NCBI GenBank assembly: GCA_965233585.1
Contig: CBDDTI010000408.1
Location: 1 to 64,000 of the forward strand
Reading direction: 5' to 3'
DNA length: 64,000 bases
From: a bacterium
GTDB lineage: Bacteria > SAR324 > NAC60-12
A program made the position numbers and the translations under genes. Below are positions 44,775 through 59,306 of this stretch, one piece after another (positions within the stretch are counted from its first letter, which is position 1; every line of letters begins with the position of its first letter). Below the pieces are notes generated by a model. The model did no database searches and was not told the origin of the DNA. It was given only the letters and a program-made list of their open reading frames with translations.

Positions 44775-47700
44775 AACTGTTGATGTTGGAAATATTGTCC
44801 AAAAAAAGCAAGAACTTCTTGGGGAACTTCTGACAATACAAGAGGTGATGAAGGGCTATGACATCTCTGAAGACCAAGAATCTGTTGCTTTCAACAAGAA
44901 CCAGAAGGACATGGATTTCACATTCAGAGACCAAGTATTTACGCTGATCTCTGGGATAAATCAAGAGCAGCTGTCAGAAATTGTGGAACTGGTGGCAGAC
45001 ATCTTTGGAATAATCAATGCAACAGTCTCTAGGTTTCAAACCAAAGTATGGGAGAGGTAATATAAGATAAGATATAATAACAATTAAGACACGAGCCACT
45101 AAGTCATTTGAGTCATTTTAAAAAAGCGTGTGTGAATTAGCCCAAACCATAGATAAAACTCATTGATAGGATAGCCATTCTTTATCTATGAACACACTCT
45201 AATGAGGTTTGGTATAAATTTTGGAAAAATGTTCTGAGAATTCTTTTAAAAGGCTTTACACCTTTTACACTTTTACTGTGCTTTGACTAGCACAGATGTG
45301 GCTTGAAGTCTTCATTGTATTGGTATTAGGTCCAAGCACATATCAGGCCCATTATCACTCCATACACAATGACAATTTTTTCCAAAAAAGTAGATTTTTA
45401 CACGTCTATGTAGCTCAGATTTGAAAATTAGAAAATAGCAATGACAAAATAAGGGAAATTTCAAATTCAAACAGAAACAGCAAATATCTATGGATCTGGC
45501 TTGGAGTCTTCATCGTATTGGTATCGGGTCCAAACACATATCAGGCCCAATGTCATACCATATGCTCTGACAATTTTTTTCCAAAAAAGCAGATTTTTGA
45601 GGTTTGAGTCAATTAAACAGATCATACTTGACAATCACAAAATGTTAACAGCAAAAATAAAAAATATCTGTATGATAAAAAAAAAAATCAAAAAAACGGG
45701 CTTTTAGATATTGTGCCTCAATGAAAGCCCATTGAAGTGAAGGTTGGGTGTTAAAATCTCTTCACAAAATTCCCCTCCTCCCTGATTTTTTATGAATTGA
45801 CTCCTCTTAGTGGCTCGTATTAAGACTTGAATTATAGGCATAATCCATTTCTTCTAATATCACAACTGATAGATTATTGTTCATAGACAATTTGCGCACC
45901 TACAGTGTTTGCAGTATGGTGAGTGGCTAAACGTGATGTGTAAACTTTGAGTTCAATTTATTAAATAAAATCTTTATGTATGTAAAAATGTCACGCTCGA
46001 TTTCTAGAATGGTAGTATTTTTGAAAACAAAACAGTTTTCCTCTTACTCATTGGTTTAACTTTTCTAACTATAAATGGCACATGAGAGCTCTCTAAATAA
46101 TGAATTGTACATTAAAAGCAAGTTATTACTGTACAAATGTAAAGACCTCAAGAAAATGTTGTCATATGTAGCCATATTTTTATTTTTTTCCTGGGTTTAA
46201 TTTCTGCATATTTTGTGGTTTAGTGTGGTTTTTGTGGTTAAGAAGAGGAAAGCAACATCATTCCTATGTGGTCCAGACTAAATTCAAACATCTCTGTCAT
46301 AACAGTTTTTCTTTTAAAGATTTGGTGTTAACACATCCAAAAATGTAGTCAGACTTAGAAGGGGAGCAAACCTCGAAGATATTGTCCTTAAAATTCCATT
46401 AGGATCATTTGAAAACATGGATCAGGGACATGCAAATTGAGTGGTGGCTATCGCAAGTAGGGCCTTTTTTCAACTTATTGGGCTAATCAAATATACTGCA
46501 CCTAAATGGCAAAGAAGTTCAAAGTGAAGTAACAGAAAAAAGAAAAATTGGTGAAAGTCGGGGGCTAAATAATTACTAAAAAAGAGAAAGAAAGATAAAA
46601 ACTCAATTTTTGTCTCTTACATAGTACTTACATATAGTACATACATAGTCTCTTACATAGACCAGTAAGAACAAAATATTAAAAGGAATCATTGACCAAA
46701 GTATGATGTAACTACTATTCTTTAAATACGTACAGTATTATCAATGGCCCCTTACAAATAGCCAAACATTTTTTTGAGTGTAACAGTACCTGTTGCAACT
46801 CTACATTGTTGACTATTTGAGGCTCTAAAAGGCCTTGGTCAGAATAATATCCTACTGGTCAAGCATTATATTAGCACATTTTTTACATACTGCTACATAC
46901 TACTACATACATACCTGGCAGTAAATAAGAGTCTTTGTACTTTTTTTTAACAGCTTGCCTTCTTCAAAAATTTAAAAATTACAAGAACTCCTTTTGTGTA
47001 CCTAGTACTAAAGAAGAGTTTTAGTACTTTTTTAACAACTTGCTTCCTTCCAACATAAAAAAGTACAAGTTCACAAGGGAAAAAACTTGTACTTTTTTAA
47101 TGATTTTACTTTATTCAAGATTATATAGAGGATGTCCATCCCCTCTCCCCTGGGAAGAAGAGGTAACTGTAACTTGTAACTTTCTTCCAAGATTCTCTGA
47201 AATAATAAGATCACCCTTGTAATTTGAACACATTCTCAAGAGTTCAATGGTTGGTTCGGATTAATGTTTAGGTCAGTGGAGTCAAGTTTTCCACATGTTT
47301 ATCTAAGGTTTCTTACAAAATGGAATTGAGGGTTTAAGGACTTTCATTTTCTTACAATCTTTATTTTTGAAGCAAACTTTTGGTAAACGGATACAAATAC
47401 AGCATCAATTTCCCAAGCATCAAAGGCAAAATCAAGACGGCTGGTGGCAAACAACTTCTTGACCAGAAGATTCAAAATGCCATGATTCCGGGAGAAAGAT
47501 ATGAAGTAAGAATTAGCTTCACTAAAATAAGTTATCATGTTAATTGCATGGAAAGTTTATAAGAATTACCTACATTTTCTGCCTGGGACTGGGCAAATGC
47601 AATATAAAAAATAGGAAGAGTTGCCTGGGCAGGTGCTTTTTATCTACGGGGCAGATTATGAGGGGTTTTTGGTCCAAGGTGCCAGGGAGGGTGAAGTGGT

Positions 47701-48871
47701 TTGCTTTAAAGATTAGTTCAGTATTTGTTCCGATGGTTTGCTTTACGAGCTTGCCTAAAACCTCATTCCATTATTCCTATTTCAAAATTTAATGAATAGA
47801 ATGAACCTTTCAGAAACTTTTGACAGTTCTGGTTCAGCATTTAGCAAAATCACTAAGATGGAAAATGGAAGTACAAACATTGGAAGATGGTCTTTTAAAC
47901 CCCTCAAAGACATGGGCCAATATGAATATGTTGTCTTCAAAAATGCTGAACAAAGCTGAGTCCAGAATGGCTTCAAGTCACTATATCAATAATGATGAAC
48001 CATGGACAAAGTTCCACATGGTGTCTGTTAGAAGAGTAATTAGACCCTTACTTAAGCAATTTCAGGTAAGAATACTAATGCAATTGCAATGACACGCGTT
48101 TCATAATTTTCTATTTGTTAAGGTCGCAATTTTTTTTACGTAGAGGTTACAACACTTATGTTGTAACCAACATTGAATGTTGAAACAAAAATATGTTGTT
48201 ATTCATTCACAAGGTTTTGGACAGTGTTCACTATGTTTCTCTGATGGTAAACAGCTCCAGCATGAAATGGATGACAGCAAAAATTCAAATCTTTGTCATC
48301 CACCATTTTTACTTCCTTTCTTTATCTTGATAAAAACAACAATTTCTAAGAAAAAATTCATTAACAAAACTTCACCTTTCACTGAAAGAAAACATGTCTG
48401 TTGACCAGAAGCCGAGAAAATGGGTATGTTTCAGTTTTACTCTGCATAGTGAAAAATTAAATGACTGTCAGTGATATTTCAATTGTATAGGTGCTATTTC
48501 GCTAAAATTTCAAAACTCACCAAATATCTGACCAAGACCAAAATTTCCCTTGGAATGAAGTGTCTGCAATGAAACAAGTTTTACTGTCTGAGGTGAAGAA
48601 GAGGATGGATGCTCAATTTCAAAATGCCTGGGAAATCTCGACAATTGATTGAGCACTATTTGTATGGCATGGTTTGTATATTTTTTTACAAGGTTTATTT
48701 ATGTTTGTAGCAGTTTCTAACTTCTTACCATGATTAATTTCAGGGATTGTTACTTTGGGTATCATGACTTTAGCATGCTTTCAAAGGAGAGTCAGGACAG
48801 TTTCAGTTGATCAAACTGTAGGAAAGGAGGGAACAGGCAATGAGGGAAGATATGAGAATGAGAAGAAATGA
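44775..48871 (+). pseudogene. Multi-exon gene or pseudogene for an unknown, probably membrane-anchored protein
   Basis: Exon-like blocks at ~44775-45056, 46320-46456, 47373-47505, 47814-48065, ~48214-48423, ~48491-48671 and 48744-48871. Several GT/AG junctions are phase-compatible, but there are in-frame TGA stops and frameshifts. The last exon is hydrophobic then charged. aataaa lies downstream. Confidence 0.55.
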
Positions 48872-50225
48872 GGGAAGAGTAATTTTTCATCCAACCTCCT
48901 CAGTGCAGTCAGCAGATCTTTGATGAATTCCTAGGGAAATTAATAAAATGTTTCAAATGTAATAAATAAATAAAAGAATGTTCATCCCAAAGACATTTAC
49001 CATTCCAATGCCATTTCATCAATTCTAAAATGACATAGCTACTCAAGTATAATCATATTTCATTGTATCAAGTTTTTGTTAATGATTTATATTTTTTTGG
49101 TTAATGATAGGTTAATGGTTAATGGTAAGGTTAATGGTTAGGAAGGTTAATTATAAGACCAAAGACCAAACTATTTACCCATTCCCTCCTAGCGGTACCG
49201 TATAGTACCACATAAATGCATGGTGAACAAATGCATCTAAGTTATAAACTACGTGTTGTAATTTGTTGAAACAAGTTCTATTAGTGGACAAGGATGTGTT
49301 CTTCACCGCTACTAAGTGACAACTTCACTATCCTCCAGGCACAGCTGCAGGGAGAGTGTGTGTGACTGTCAATTTTCAGAGGCAGTACTTCACGATGGCA
49401 CAGCTGAGAAAGTAAGTTATTTTTTCAATACTATGCAATCTTATTCATTGTTTCCTAGACAAATATATACAACTGACATCTTAATATAGTTTTATAGGTA
49501 TTTTTAACATTTGCAAAGGAAACTTTAGCTATACAGTGACATTTATTGTTCGTGGTACCATATGGTACCATTAGGAGGATATGAGTACAAATATTCAAAG
49601 CATCTCATTCTTCACAATTTTCAGATCACTGACTACAAATGAAATATTGGACATCATCCTAAGGGAATCTGATAGTAATCATTTATTATTATATTTATTT
49701 ATATATATATATTTATTATTTTATTTTTATTATTTTATTTACATTATTATATATAGTAAATTCTAGACTATAAGCCATTATATAATTATATATATAATTA
49801 ATAAGTGATAATAATAATAATAAATATATTATCTATATATATTTTTCTGGTGTATATATGTGTATGTGTTTGTGTGTTTGTTTGTCCCTTATGATCTCTA
49901 TCTCTATGATCAAATTATGATATAAAAATGAAAAGTTTATTTATTAGGAAAATTAATTATTTTGTACCCGTATTGTCCTAGCGGTACCATATGGTACCAC
50001 CCATTATTTCAATAACTGAATTAAATATTTAATTAAATTTGTCAAATCTGTTCTCACTGAACCCTAAAACTAGAATATCAAGATTTCATCAAAATTTGAA
50101 AACCTTTTCTAATTTAGGGGGGAAAGGTTAATTTAAAAAAGGAGATGAAAGAAATTACTCACAGTAAAGAGGAAACATTTCAATTGGGATATACTCAAGT
50201 TAAATAGAGTGAAGAAAATACTTAC

Positions 50226-50339
50226 CCTTGATTGCCATAAAAAATCTTCATCGTGGAATCTTCTGTCTCTTGGTGGCAATGGTGCTGCTGATGAAGTTGT
50301 TTTTAATGCAACAATTATAACGGGTATAATGAGCAACAT
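50226..50339 (-). CDS. Signal-peptide-encoding first exon (MLLIIPVIIVALKTTSSA...), orphan copy
   Basis: ATG, hydrophobic core and a GTAAGT donor after 38 codons. The following intron is homologous to 44698-44775, which precedes the first body exon of the pseudogene. Confidence 0.5.
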
Positions 50340-51562
50340 AACTTTTTTAAAAGCATATATTGTTTTACTTTAGAGTTCTCAGTTAGACTTCTCACTTTCA
50401 AATTTCTCAGTTTGTTGTGCGTTCCATGACTTGTGGATTCTTAGCTTTTACAAAGACTTTTTCGACGATAACAATAACAATCAAGTTGCAAGATTACGGG
50501 ATAAACTTCATTCACCACCATCTCAGAGCCAAGCTACTATTTCTATTACAATGGGTCTCACTCTCAACCCTGGACACCATTAACATTCATTACTTCGTAA
50601 AATTCTTTTACGCTTCAGACTTTTTCAAAATGCCCTCGAGTTGTTGTTTATCATTTTTTGTCATGCAACCAAGTCCCCCCAGTATTTTGTACCTATTTGC
50701 AGATTTAGGATATTGTCCTGATTTTTAGCATTGTTTCCCTATTCTCTTGGTACTGGTGATGAAAGTGCAGAGGTAGCAAGGCTCAAATGGCCAGGGGCTT
50801 GTAATTGGCTTTATTATTTTGACACTTTTAGTGGATTTTATTACTACCCACAATTTTGAAGTTATTAGTCAGACACACTGTGATTAGCTATTATGTTACA
50901 AGTTGGATTGTTGTTTCTTACAGTTAGATGGGTGCGCTTAAATATGCCTAAATGAATTTAACAGATCTATTGGGGAAACAAGATGTTTTTATGGGTATTT
51001 TTAATCTAGCAAATTCAACTACGGTACTTTTTAAAGTTTTTCAGCCATGAACAGAAATCTTTATAAAAGCATAAATTTCTAGCATTTTTGTTGGAAAATC
51101 CGGCATATTTCAGCATTTCCCCATGTTTTTATGATGTTAGTAAATGTCTCCTTTTAATCCTCCTATTAAATATTTCCTTTTAATAAATCTTGTAAATTAC
51201 AATTACAAATTATTTTACTAAAGTACAGAAAGCTTTTTGATGAGCACTTGCAATTTTGATAGTTCATCAATGGGACTAAAGTTTTGTATTGAAAATTCCT
51301 GTGATCAATGTAAAGTGAAAACACTATGCCTTGATTTGTTGCTTACTGGCTGTCATCGGGTGCAGCAGTTTCCAGTTTTCCACACCAAGATAGCAGAAAA
51401 ACATTTCTGTGCATAATATGAAGAGGACGGCATGAATCTGCTTTTTTGCCAGTGAAAGTAAAAAATATATATACTATGCTTAGCAAAAAAAAAAAAAAAA
51501 ATAGAAAGAGATGATGCGAAAGGTATTACAGATGGGGTGACAAGGTTTATTTAGCAAAAATA

Positions 51563-51913
51563 ATGGTGATTCCAATTCTGTGTCACATCAATGATCTTCT
51601 AAGGCAGGGCAATTTCATTACGCAGGATGACCCACATACAGGTTTAAAAAAGAATGACATTATTTTGGAGGTTAACAAAAGGCAATTAAAAACTGAAGAA
51701 GGCTTGACATCCATTTTGATGACTGGCATAACTGTTGCAAGACCATATTATGATATGAAAGTCCTCAATTTCAAATGATTTATTTCAAGACATGGAGCAA
51801 TCACCCGATGATCTTTTTAAAAGAAAAATTCAAAAAGCAAAGTTGCCAACTCATAGTAACAAGGTATTTTTTGACAGTAATACTTTCAATAATTACGATC
51901 CATACAATGATTG
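51563..51913 (+). pseudogene. PDZ-like exon, frameshifted copy
   Basis: Mirror of 59307-59669 but with an 11-nt deletion near 51768 that truncates the frame. Confidence 0.5.
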
Positions 51914-52043
51914 AAATAAGGATGCATATTTAAGTTCACTTTAGATGAATAAGTACTGCCACCTTTGGGCTTTTTTGTGTTAGAATGCTTCTCTTCCATT
52001 TTACTTACTTACTTTACTCTATTTATTATTATTATTATTATTA

Positions 52044-52096
<53 letters not shown>

Positions 52097-52143
52097 TTTA
52101 TACTTTATACTTTATATATTATTATTTACTTTACATTTTATAG

Positions 52144-52681
52144 TACTGTGTTGTTTTTTTAAACAGGTTACTGTGTTTTTTGCGGAAACCACTCAGTAGA
52201 TTTTCATAAAAACAACTGATATCTCTTCATTTTGGCAGGACCCATCTTTTTTATTTAATGCTTTTTCCTTAATTACCTATAATTACCTCATCATATGACC
52301 CCCTGCCATAGACCTGGAAAATGGAGGACATGAAAGGTAGTTTATTGGTATAAACACCTTCCTGACAGGTCCAGTGATCATTTCCAACAAGAATTGGAAC
52401 ATTCCAATTAAATGGGAAGTTGTAATTGCACTGTGAAATTCTCCTTATCATAGTATGCTGGAGATAGACACCTTTTTCTCTTCCCTTCCTGTTATGTAGT
52501 AGGGAGTTGTGGTTGTAGAAATTGGTTTTTGATGAATTCTAAGTGAAATATTTGACCAATCAAACTCAAATTAATGCAGAAGGTGCATGATGGATGCAGA
52601 AATGATTGAAACAAGGTCTCGCAAATTATTACTGAGAAGTTTTTATGGAAATTACAGTGCCCTGTTAAAAAACAACACGGT
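52144..52681. mobile_element. MITE with TIRs CYGTGTTGTTTTTTAACAGG (mirror copy ~58581-59122; fragments at 5146 and 22085-22192)
   Basis: About 50-bp imperfect TIRs at both ends; TA flanks visible on most ends. Confidence 0.65.
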
Positions 52682-52857
52682 GTTTTTGTACTTATGCGTA
52701 CTTATTTGTACATTTGTACTTATGTACTTATGCGTGAATAATATGGCGCTCATGAAAAAAAGATGACCTGTCACCATAGAATACAATTTTAGGATTAATT
52801 GTTGTATTCTGTAGCTTAGTGGATGGGAGTTGTTATTTAAGTTCTAGGTTACTGGTT

Positions 52858-53981
52858 TGTTGAGTAAATAAAGTCAGAAGGGTTTTATCATCTCAACTAC
52901 ACATTTATTTGGGTGATTCTATTACAGTGAATTAAAGGTAATATTTGAGCTTGCTCTCAGACTCTTCTTTGTTCATTGAGTTTAAGGTCTTGTACTTTGA
53001 TTTGGTGGACATCAACCCTGTGGTAAGGGATCTGGTGGTGTTGGCTTGCTCCAGGACCATCTCCTGTCTTCTGTGGTCATCCTTGAGGTGGTGTCAGAGG
53101 ACATCAGGCTGTGGAAGCCTTCCAACTGGATGCACTTTGGTCCAACTTTGCTACCAGATTGAAGGTGACCGGTGGAAGTTGCAACATCGCGGCGGTATGT
53201 GCCTGTAATCGTCGAGATCGAAGGTCGTGACCTCTCTCTGATTGCAACAAATGCTACATTGGAAGTCGTGGGAGTACATAACGTATTTTTTACGTAAATA
53301 TTTACATAATATGGACCGTAATTTTGCTAAATAGCTAGATGACGTCACAATCCAATTATGTTAATGTGTGACAGTGTGACATCACTCCTGTGAAGTCATG
53401 AGTCAATGATGTCACACTGTCACACATTAACATAATTGGATTTTGACGTCATCTAGCTATTTAGCAAATTCATGTCCATATTATGTAAATATTTACGTAA
53501 AATATAATTATGTACTCCCACAACTTCCAATGTAGCATTTTTTGCAATCGGAGAGAGGTCACGACCTTTGATCTCGACGATTACTGGCACATACCGCCGC
53601 GATGTTGCAACTTCCACCGGTCACCTTCAATCCGGTACCAAAGTTGATCCCAGAGAATTGATGCAGGAGTTGCCTGGTCTCCTTTTCAGAGAGTGCAATA
53701 CCCCCTGATCCAGTTGGAAGGCTTCCACAGCCTTATGTCCTCTGACACCACCTCAAGGATGACCACAGAAGACAGGAGATGGTCCTGGAGCAAGCCAACA
53801 CCACCAGATCCCTTACTACAGGGTTGATGTCCACCAAATCAAAGTACAAGACCTTAAACTCAATGAACAAAGAAGAGTCTGAGAGCAAGCTCAAATATTA
53901 CCTTTAATTCACTGTAATAGAATCACCCAAATAAATGTATAGTTGAGATGATAAAACCCTTCTGACTTTATTTAATCAACA
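52858..53981. repeat. Palindrome 1: ~530-570-bp arms, 22-bp spacer
   Basis: 52858-53384 is the reverse complement of 53407-53981; the right arm carries extra sequence near 53650-53710. Confidence 0.95.
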
Positions 53982-54415
53982 TTTCACTATTTATACTAAT
54001 TTTTCTATGATCAATCAGTAAATCTTGAAAACATTTCCATCCATCTATTTACTCTTCATCTTGCAGTTCTTTATGCATCAGACAAATTCCCTTGATTTGT
54101 CTGTTGTTAATGGATCCACTGTCAGTCTTTCTCCTTTTCATGTTTTTCTCCTAGTGTTATCATCCATACTACACTTCTTTGTCCATGGCTCCTCTCCTTA
54201 GGAAGTCTACCAGTGCTCCAAATAATCTTATGCTGAAATAAGAGCAATTCTTTCTCTTTTCTCTTATAAGTCCAGGGAAGAAACTTATCCCAACTTACTG
54301 AACCTCCCTTATTTGCTGTTCTTGATGGAGTTGAGTCTCCAGGTTTGCTACTCTCCTACTGAGAAAAATATGATTAGTAAATAGCCACCAGGTGGCAACA
54401 ACCTGCAAGGTTGCA

Positions 54416-55590
54416 ACAGCATTTATACCATTCCCCACGATGTTTTTATACATCTACTTAGTGTATATAGAGATATTCTAGAGCATAGCCCTGTGGTACA
54501 AAAGTTGTGGGGAATATTGCTGCATGGCATTTTTGAGCTGCATATTTGTTTGCTGAAAAATTAAATCACGTTAACCATAATTGAATTGTGACGTCATTGA
54601 ATGGTGACGTCACAAGAGAAATGTTACACTGTTGCATGTTAACATAATTGGATTGTGACGTCATTATCTCTTTAGCAAAATTACGGTCCATATTATGTAA
54701 ATATTTACGTAACAATTAATTCTGTACTTCCCACAACTTCCAATGTAGCATTTATGCCATTCCCCACAATGTTTTATTACATCTACCTAGTGTATAGAGA
54801 TATTTTCTATAGCATAGTCCCATGGTACAAAAGTTGTAAGGAATATTGCTGCATGGTAAATGCATGGCATTTTTTGGGCTGCATTATTACATCTACTTAG
54901 TGTATAGAGATATTTTCTATAGCATAGCCCCATGGTACAAAAGTTGTAGGGAATATTGCTGCATGGTAAATGCATGGCATTTTTTGGACTGCATATTTGT
55001 TTGCTAAAAAATTAAATCATGTTAACCATAATTGAATTATGACATTGAATTGTGATGTCACAGGAATGACGTCACACTTAATTGGATCACATAACATAAT
55101 TGGATTGTGACGACATTATCTCTTTAGCAAAATTACGGTCCATATTATGTAAATATTTACGTAAAAAATAATTCTGTACTCCCCACGACTTCCAGTGTAG
55201 CATTTATACCATTCCCCACAACGTTTTTAACATCTATTTTCTATAGCATAGCTCCGTGGTACAAAAGTTGTGGGGAATATTGCTGCATGGTAAATGCATG
55301 GCATTTTTTGGGCTGCATATTTGTTTGCTAAAAAATCAAATCATATTAACCATAATTGAATTGTGACGCCATTGAATCGTGATGTCACAGGAGTGATGTT
55401 AAACAGTCACACGTTAACATAATTGGATTGTGATGTCATTCAGCTATTTAGCAAAATTACGTTCAAAATTATGTAAATATTTACGTAAAAAATAATTCTG
55501 TACTCCCCACGACTTACAATGCATGGATTATAAATTAAAAAATTTAAAAATAATTAAATCATGTTAATCAAAATTGAATTGTTACGTCAT
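54416..55590 (+). repeat. Tandem satellite, ~3.5 units of 310-450 bp, related to the inner arms of palindrome 1
   Basis: Recurrent taacataattggattgtgac..tagcaaaattacg.tc.a.attatgtaaatatttacgtaa and ggtacaaaagttgt.gggaatattgctgcatgg blocks. Confidence 0.9.
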
Positions 55591-55596
55591 TGAATC

Positions 55597-57102
55597 TCTT
55601 GTTTCAGAACATTGCCACCAGGGAAGTTTTTACATAAAAGATAGAGACGCAGAGACAGTCTCAAATACATGCACGTGTCTGGTAGTTGTAAATTGGATCC
55701 TCGATAATCCATAGGCTTTTTATAGAGTAAAATGAAAAGATTGTTGGGTATATTATGTAGCAACATAATCATACTTTGTTAGGGACAGGTGAAATATTTT
55801 TTTGTTTACCAGGAGAGTTTATAATGTCCAAGATATCAAAGATTTTTATCTTGGTTTTTTTATCGTGATCTCTTCTCAACTTTTTTACATATTCAAAAAT
55901 CAATCAAAACGAACTTGTGACTCACACTTGTATTTAAATCAGTATCTCAGTATTTAAATGTTTTAATCAGCATAGTTAGCCAAAGACTATTGAGAGTTCT
56001 TGCATTGACGAAGAAAATATCAAAAAAAAAGGAAAAGTTTTAAGTTGCTAATGTTATTATATATATAAATAAGTTGCCTTATAAAATTGACTAAATTATT
56101 ACTTGCCACTGCTAAACAAATTGTTATTTATTCATTACAGTACAAATGAGGGCATATTCTCTTGAAAATGGCTTTGATCTTCAAAAATCCTTTTTTTCTA
56201 GGGTAGGTTGCTTAAAAATCTGACTTGGTCGTGAAGGTCAAGGCCTGCAATCATTAATCAGTCAAATTAATCTTCATCAATTAGCACGAACTACGTTGGT
56301 GGAGAGTTAGTATTATTAGTTTATTATTATATATTATTATATATTTTATATATATATTATATATTATTATTATTAGTTAGTATCATACCAACTGAACCAA
56401 TCAGGTTCAGTTGGTATGATATCCCGTTTTTCACCAAACATATTATTTCTGTACTTTGTAAAAGCATTTTCAACGACATGTCTGGAATTGTTGAAGTCTC
56501 ATTAAACATCATAACAATTATGACCAAAGGAATAATTAATATTTCAATTGATTAGTTAATTTAAGTGAACATGGAATAAATAACAATTTGTTTAGCAGTG
56601 GCAAGTAATAATTTAGTCAATTTTATAAGGCAACTTATTTATATATATAATAACATTAGCAACTTAAAACTTTTCCTTTTTTTTTTGGATATTTTCTTCA
56701 TCAATGCAAGAACTCTCAATAGTCTTTGGCTACCTATGCTGATTAAAACATTTAAATACTAGTTGTGCAAGTGTGAGTCACAAGTTCGTTTTGATTGATT
56801 TTTGAATACGTAAAAAAGTTGAGAAGAGATCACGATAAAAAAACCAAGATAAAAATCTTTGATATCTTGGACATTATAAACTCTCCTGGTAAACAAAAAA
56901 ATATTTCACCAGTCCCTAACAAAGTATGATGATGTTGCTACATAATTTACCCAACAATCTTTTCATTTTACTCTATAAAAAGCTTATGGATTATCGAAGA
57001 CCCAATTTGCAACTACCAGACATGTGCATGTATTTGAGACTGTCTCTGCGTCTCTATCTTTTATGTAAAAAACTTCCCTGCTGGCAATGTTCTCAAACAA
57101 GA
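55597..57102. repeat. Palindrome 2: ~535-bp arms, 440-bp spacer containing a perfect small hairpin
   Basis: 55597-56133 is the reverse complement of 56574-57102. The hairpin tatcataccaactgaacc-aatca-ggttcagttggtatgata lies at 56381-56421. Confidence 0.95.
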
Positions 57103-59306
57103 ACTACTCTAAAGACAGCATCAAGTGACAGATCCCATGTCTGAAATGTTTGATTTTGATTAGGGACCAAGTAGATCGAGAGAACAAAGTTTTGGAAATA
57201 AGTAATGCAACCGGATATGAGTTTGTTTGGGCCAAGAGCTTCATGCAACCCAATCATCTATTAGTCTTAGATCATGAAGTTTTTTTAATATGAGACAAAA
57301 ACCAATCCTAATTATGTGGGACTTTAAAATGTTGAACTGGACACAAAGATCCCTGAAAAAGAATTGAGGAGCAAGATTTATGATAATAATAATAATAAAA
57401 TAGAACAACAATTCTGCGCATTTCAGTTTAATTTATTGCCATGGGATTGTCTGCAGAGAAAGGAAATTACACAAAGACAAAGTAATACCAACAAAAAGTC
57501 CTCACAGAAATAAAGAGTGTTTCTGTGCTGACAACTAACAATATCAAAAAGAATGAATTCAATAGTAAAACCCTTACTGGCATGATGTGTTTCTTTTAAT
57601 CTTCTTAAGAAAGAGAAGTGTCACTGAATCTCTGTTGAGTCTATGGCTTTTCTTTTCTGACACAGGCACAAACATATTTCAAAATCATAGAACTGTGTTC
57701 TTGATAGCCCATAATGTGTTTTAGCTCATCGTCCCTCAAAAAGTCAGGGAACAAATGCAGGTTTGAATATCGCCTAAATCCTAATCCAATATTTCGACAA
57801 TATGTTCTGTAAAAACAAAAGTTGTATACGTAAAATCACACAAAAATTACATAAATATATCAGTGATAAACTAAAGGCAAAAAATTAAGGTAATATAAGA
57901 AGAGCATGGATTTTCCCCTACACAGGATTCCAGAGATGCTTTTTACTTACAACTAATAACTTCCATAGCCTATTTCTTGAACACACAGACAGACTGTAAT
58001 TCGTTCAAATCACTTACTTTTGTTTCAGATTTAAAAACAAAATTATGCATACATACCTTAGGTTCCATCCCTTAAATCACTTTGACACAGCAACAAAATT
58101 TAGGATGTTTTGCTCCATTTTCTCTGTTAGTGACAACTTATCACTGAAAACTTCAGCATCTCTTCACCAGAGTAATGCCTATTTTTTTTACAAAAAAAAG
58201 AGAATTTTTCTCATTGGTAAAAAGGTGTTACTAACGATTTAACAATAAAACGTTTTTTTAATGAGATTTTTACAGTGACTCCTTTGGAGATAGGAGAAGG
58301 AAGAAGCTTTTTCTTCCTGTAAGAAAGAAGTTTTGAATTTTCCCACTCTCCAGAGCATGCCTACACTGGTGGTGACTACAGCACGAAAGCTGGACTATAT
58401 TATGACATCCCTTGTAAAAGAGGCTGTGTTGGTGGTATTCAAACCAGTAACCTAGAACTTAAATAACAACTCCCATACACTAAGCTACAGAATACAATTA
58501 ATCCTAAAATTGTATTCTATGGTGACAGGTCATCTTTTTTTCATGAGCGCCATATTATTCACGCATAAGTACACAAGATACCGTGTTGTTTTTTAACAGG
58601 GCACTGTAATTTCCATGAAAACTCCTCAGTAATAATTTGCGAGACCTTGTTTCAATCATTTCTGCATCCATCATGCACCTTCTGCATTAATTTGAGTTTG
58701 ATTGGTCAAATATTTCACTTAGAATTCATCAAAAACCAATTTCTACAACCACAACTCCCTACTACATAACAGGAAGTGAAAGAGAAGAAGGTGTCTATCT
58801 CCAGCATACTATAATAAGGAGAATTTCACAGTGCAATTACAACTTCCCATTTAATTGGAATGTTCCAATTCTTGTTGGAAATGATCAATGGACCTGTCAG
58901 GAAGGTGTTTATACCAATAAACTACCTTTTCATCATGTCCTCCATTTTCCAGGTCTATGGCAGGGGGTCATATGATGAGGTAATTATAGGTAATTAAGGA
59001 AAAAGCATTGAAATAAAAAAGATGGGTCCTGCCAAAATGAAGAGATATCAGTTGTTTTTATGAAAATCTACTGAGTGGTTTCCGCAAAAAACACAGTAAC
59101 CTGTTTAAAAAAACAATACAGTACTATAAAATGTAAAGTAAATAATAATATATAAAGTATATAAAAGTATAAAGTATATATATATATAATAATAATAAAT
59201 AGAGTAAAGTAAGTAAGTAAAATGGAAGAGAAGCATTCTAACACAAAAAAGCCCAAAGGTGGCAGTACTTATTCATCTAAAGTGAACTTAAATATGCATT
59301 CTTATT

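Noticed and set aside
53590..53906. Possible decayed MULE-like transposase tail (LEGFHSL...KSKYKTLN)
   Set aside because: Too short and interrupted to support without a profile search.
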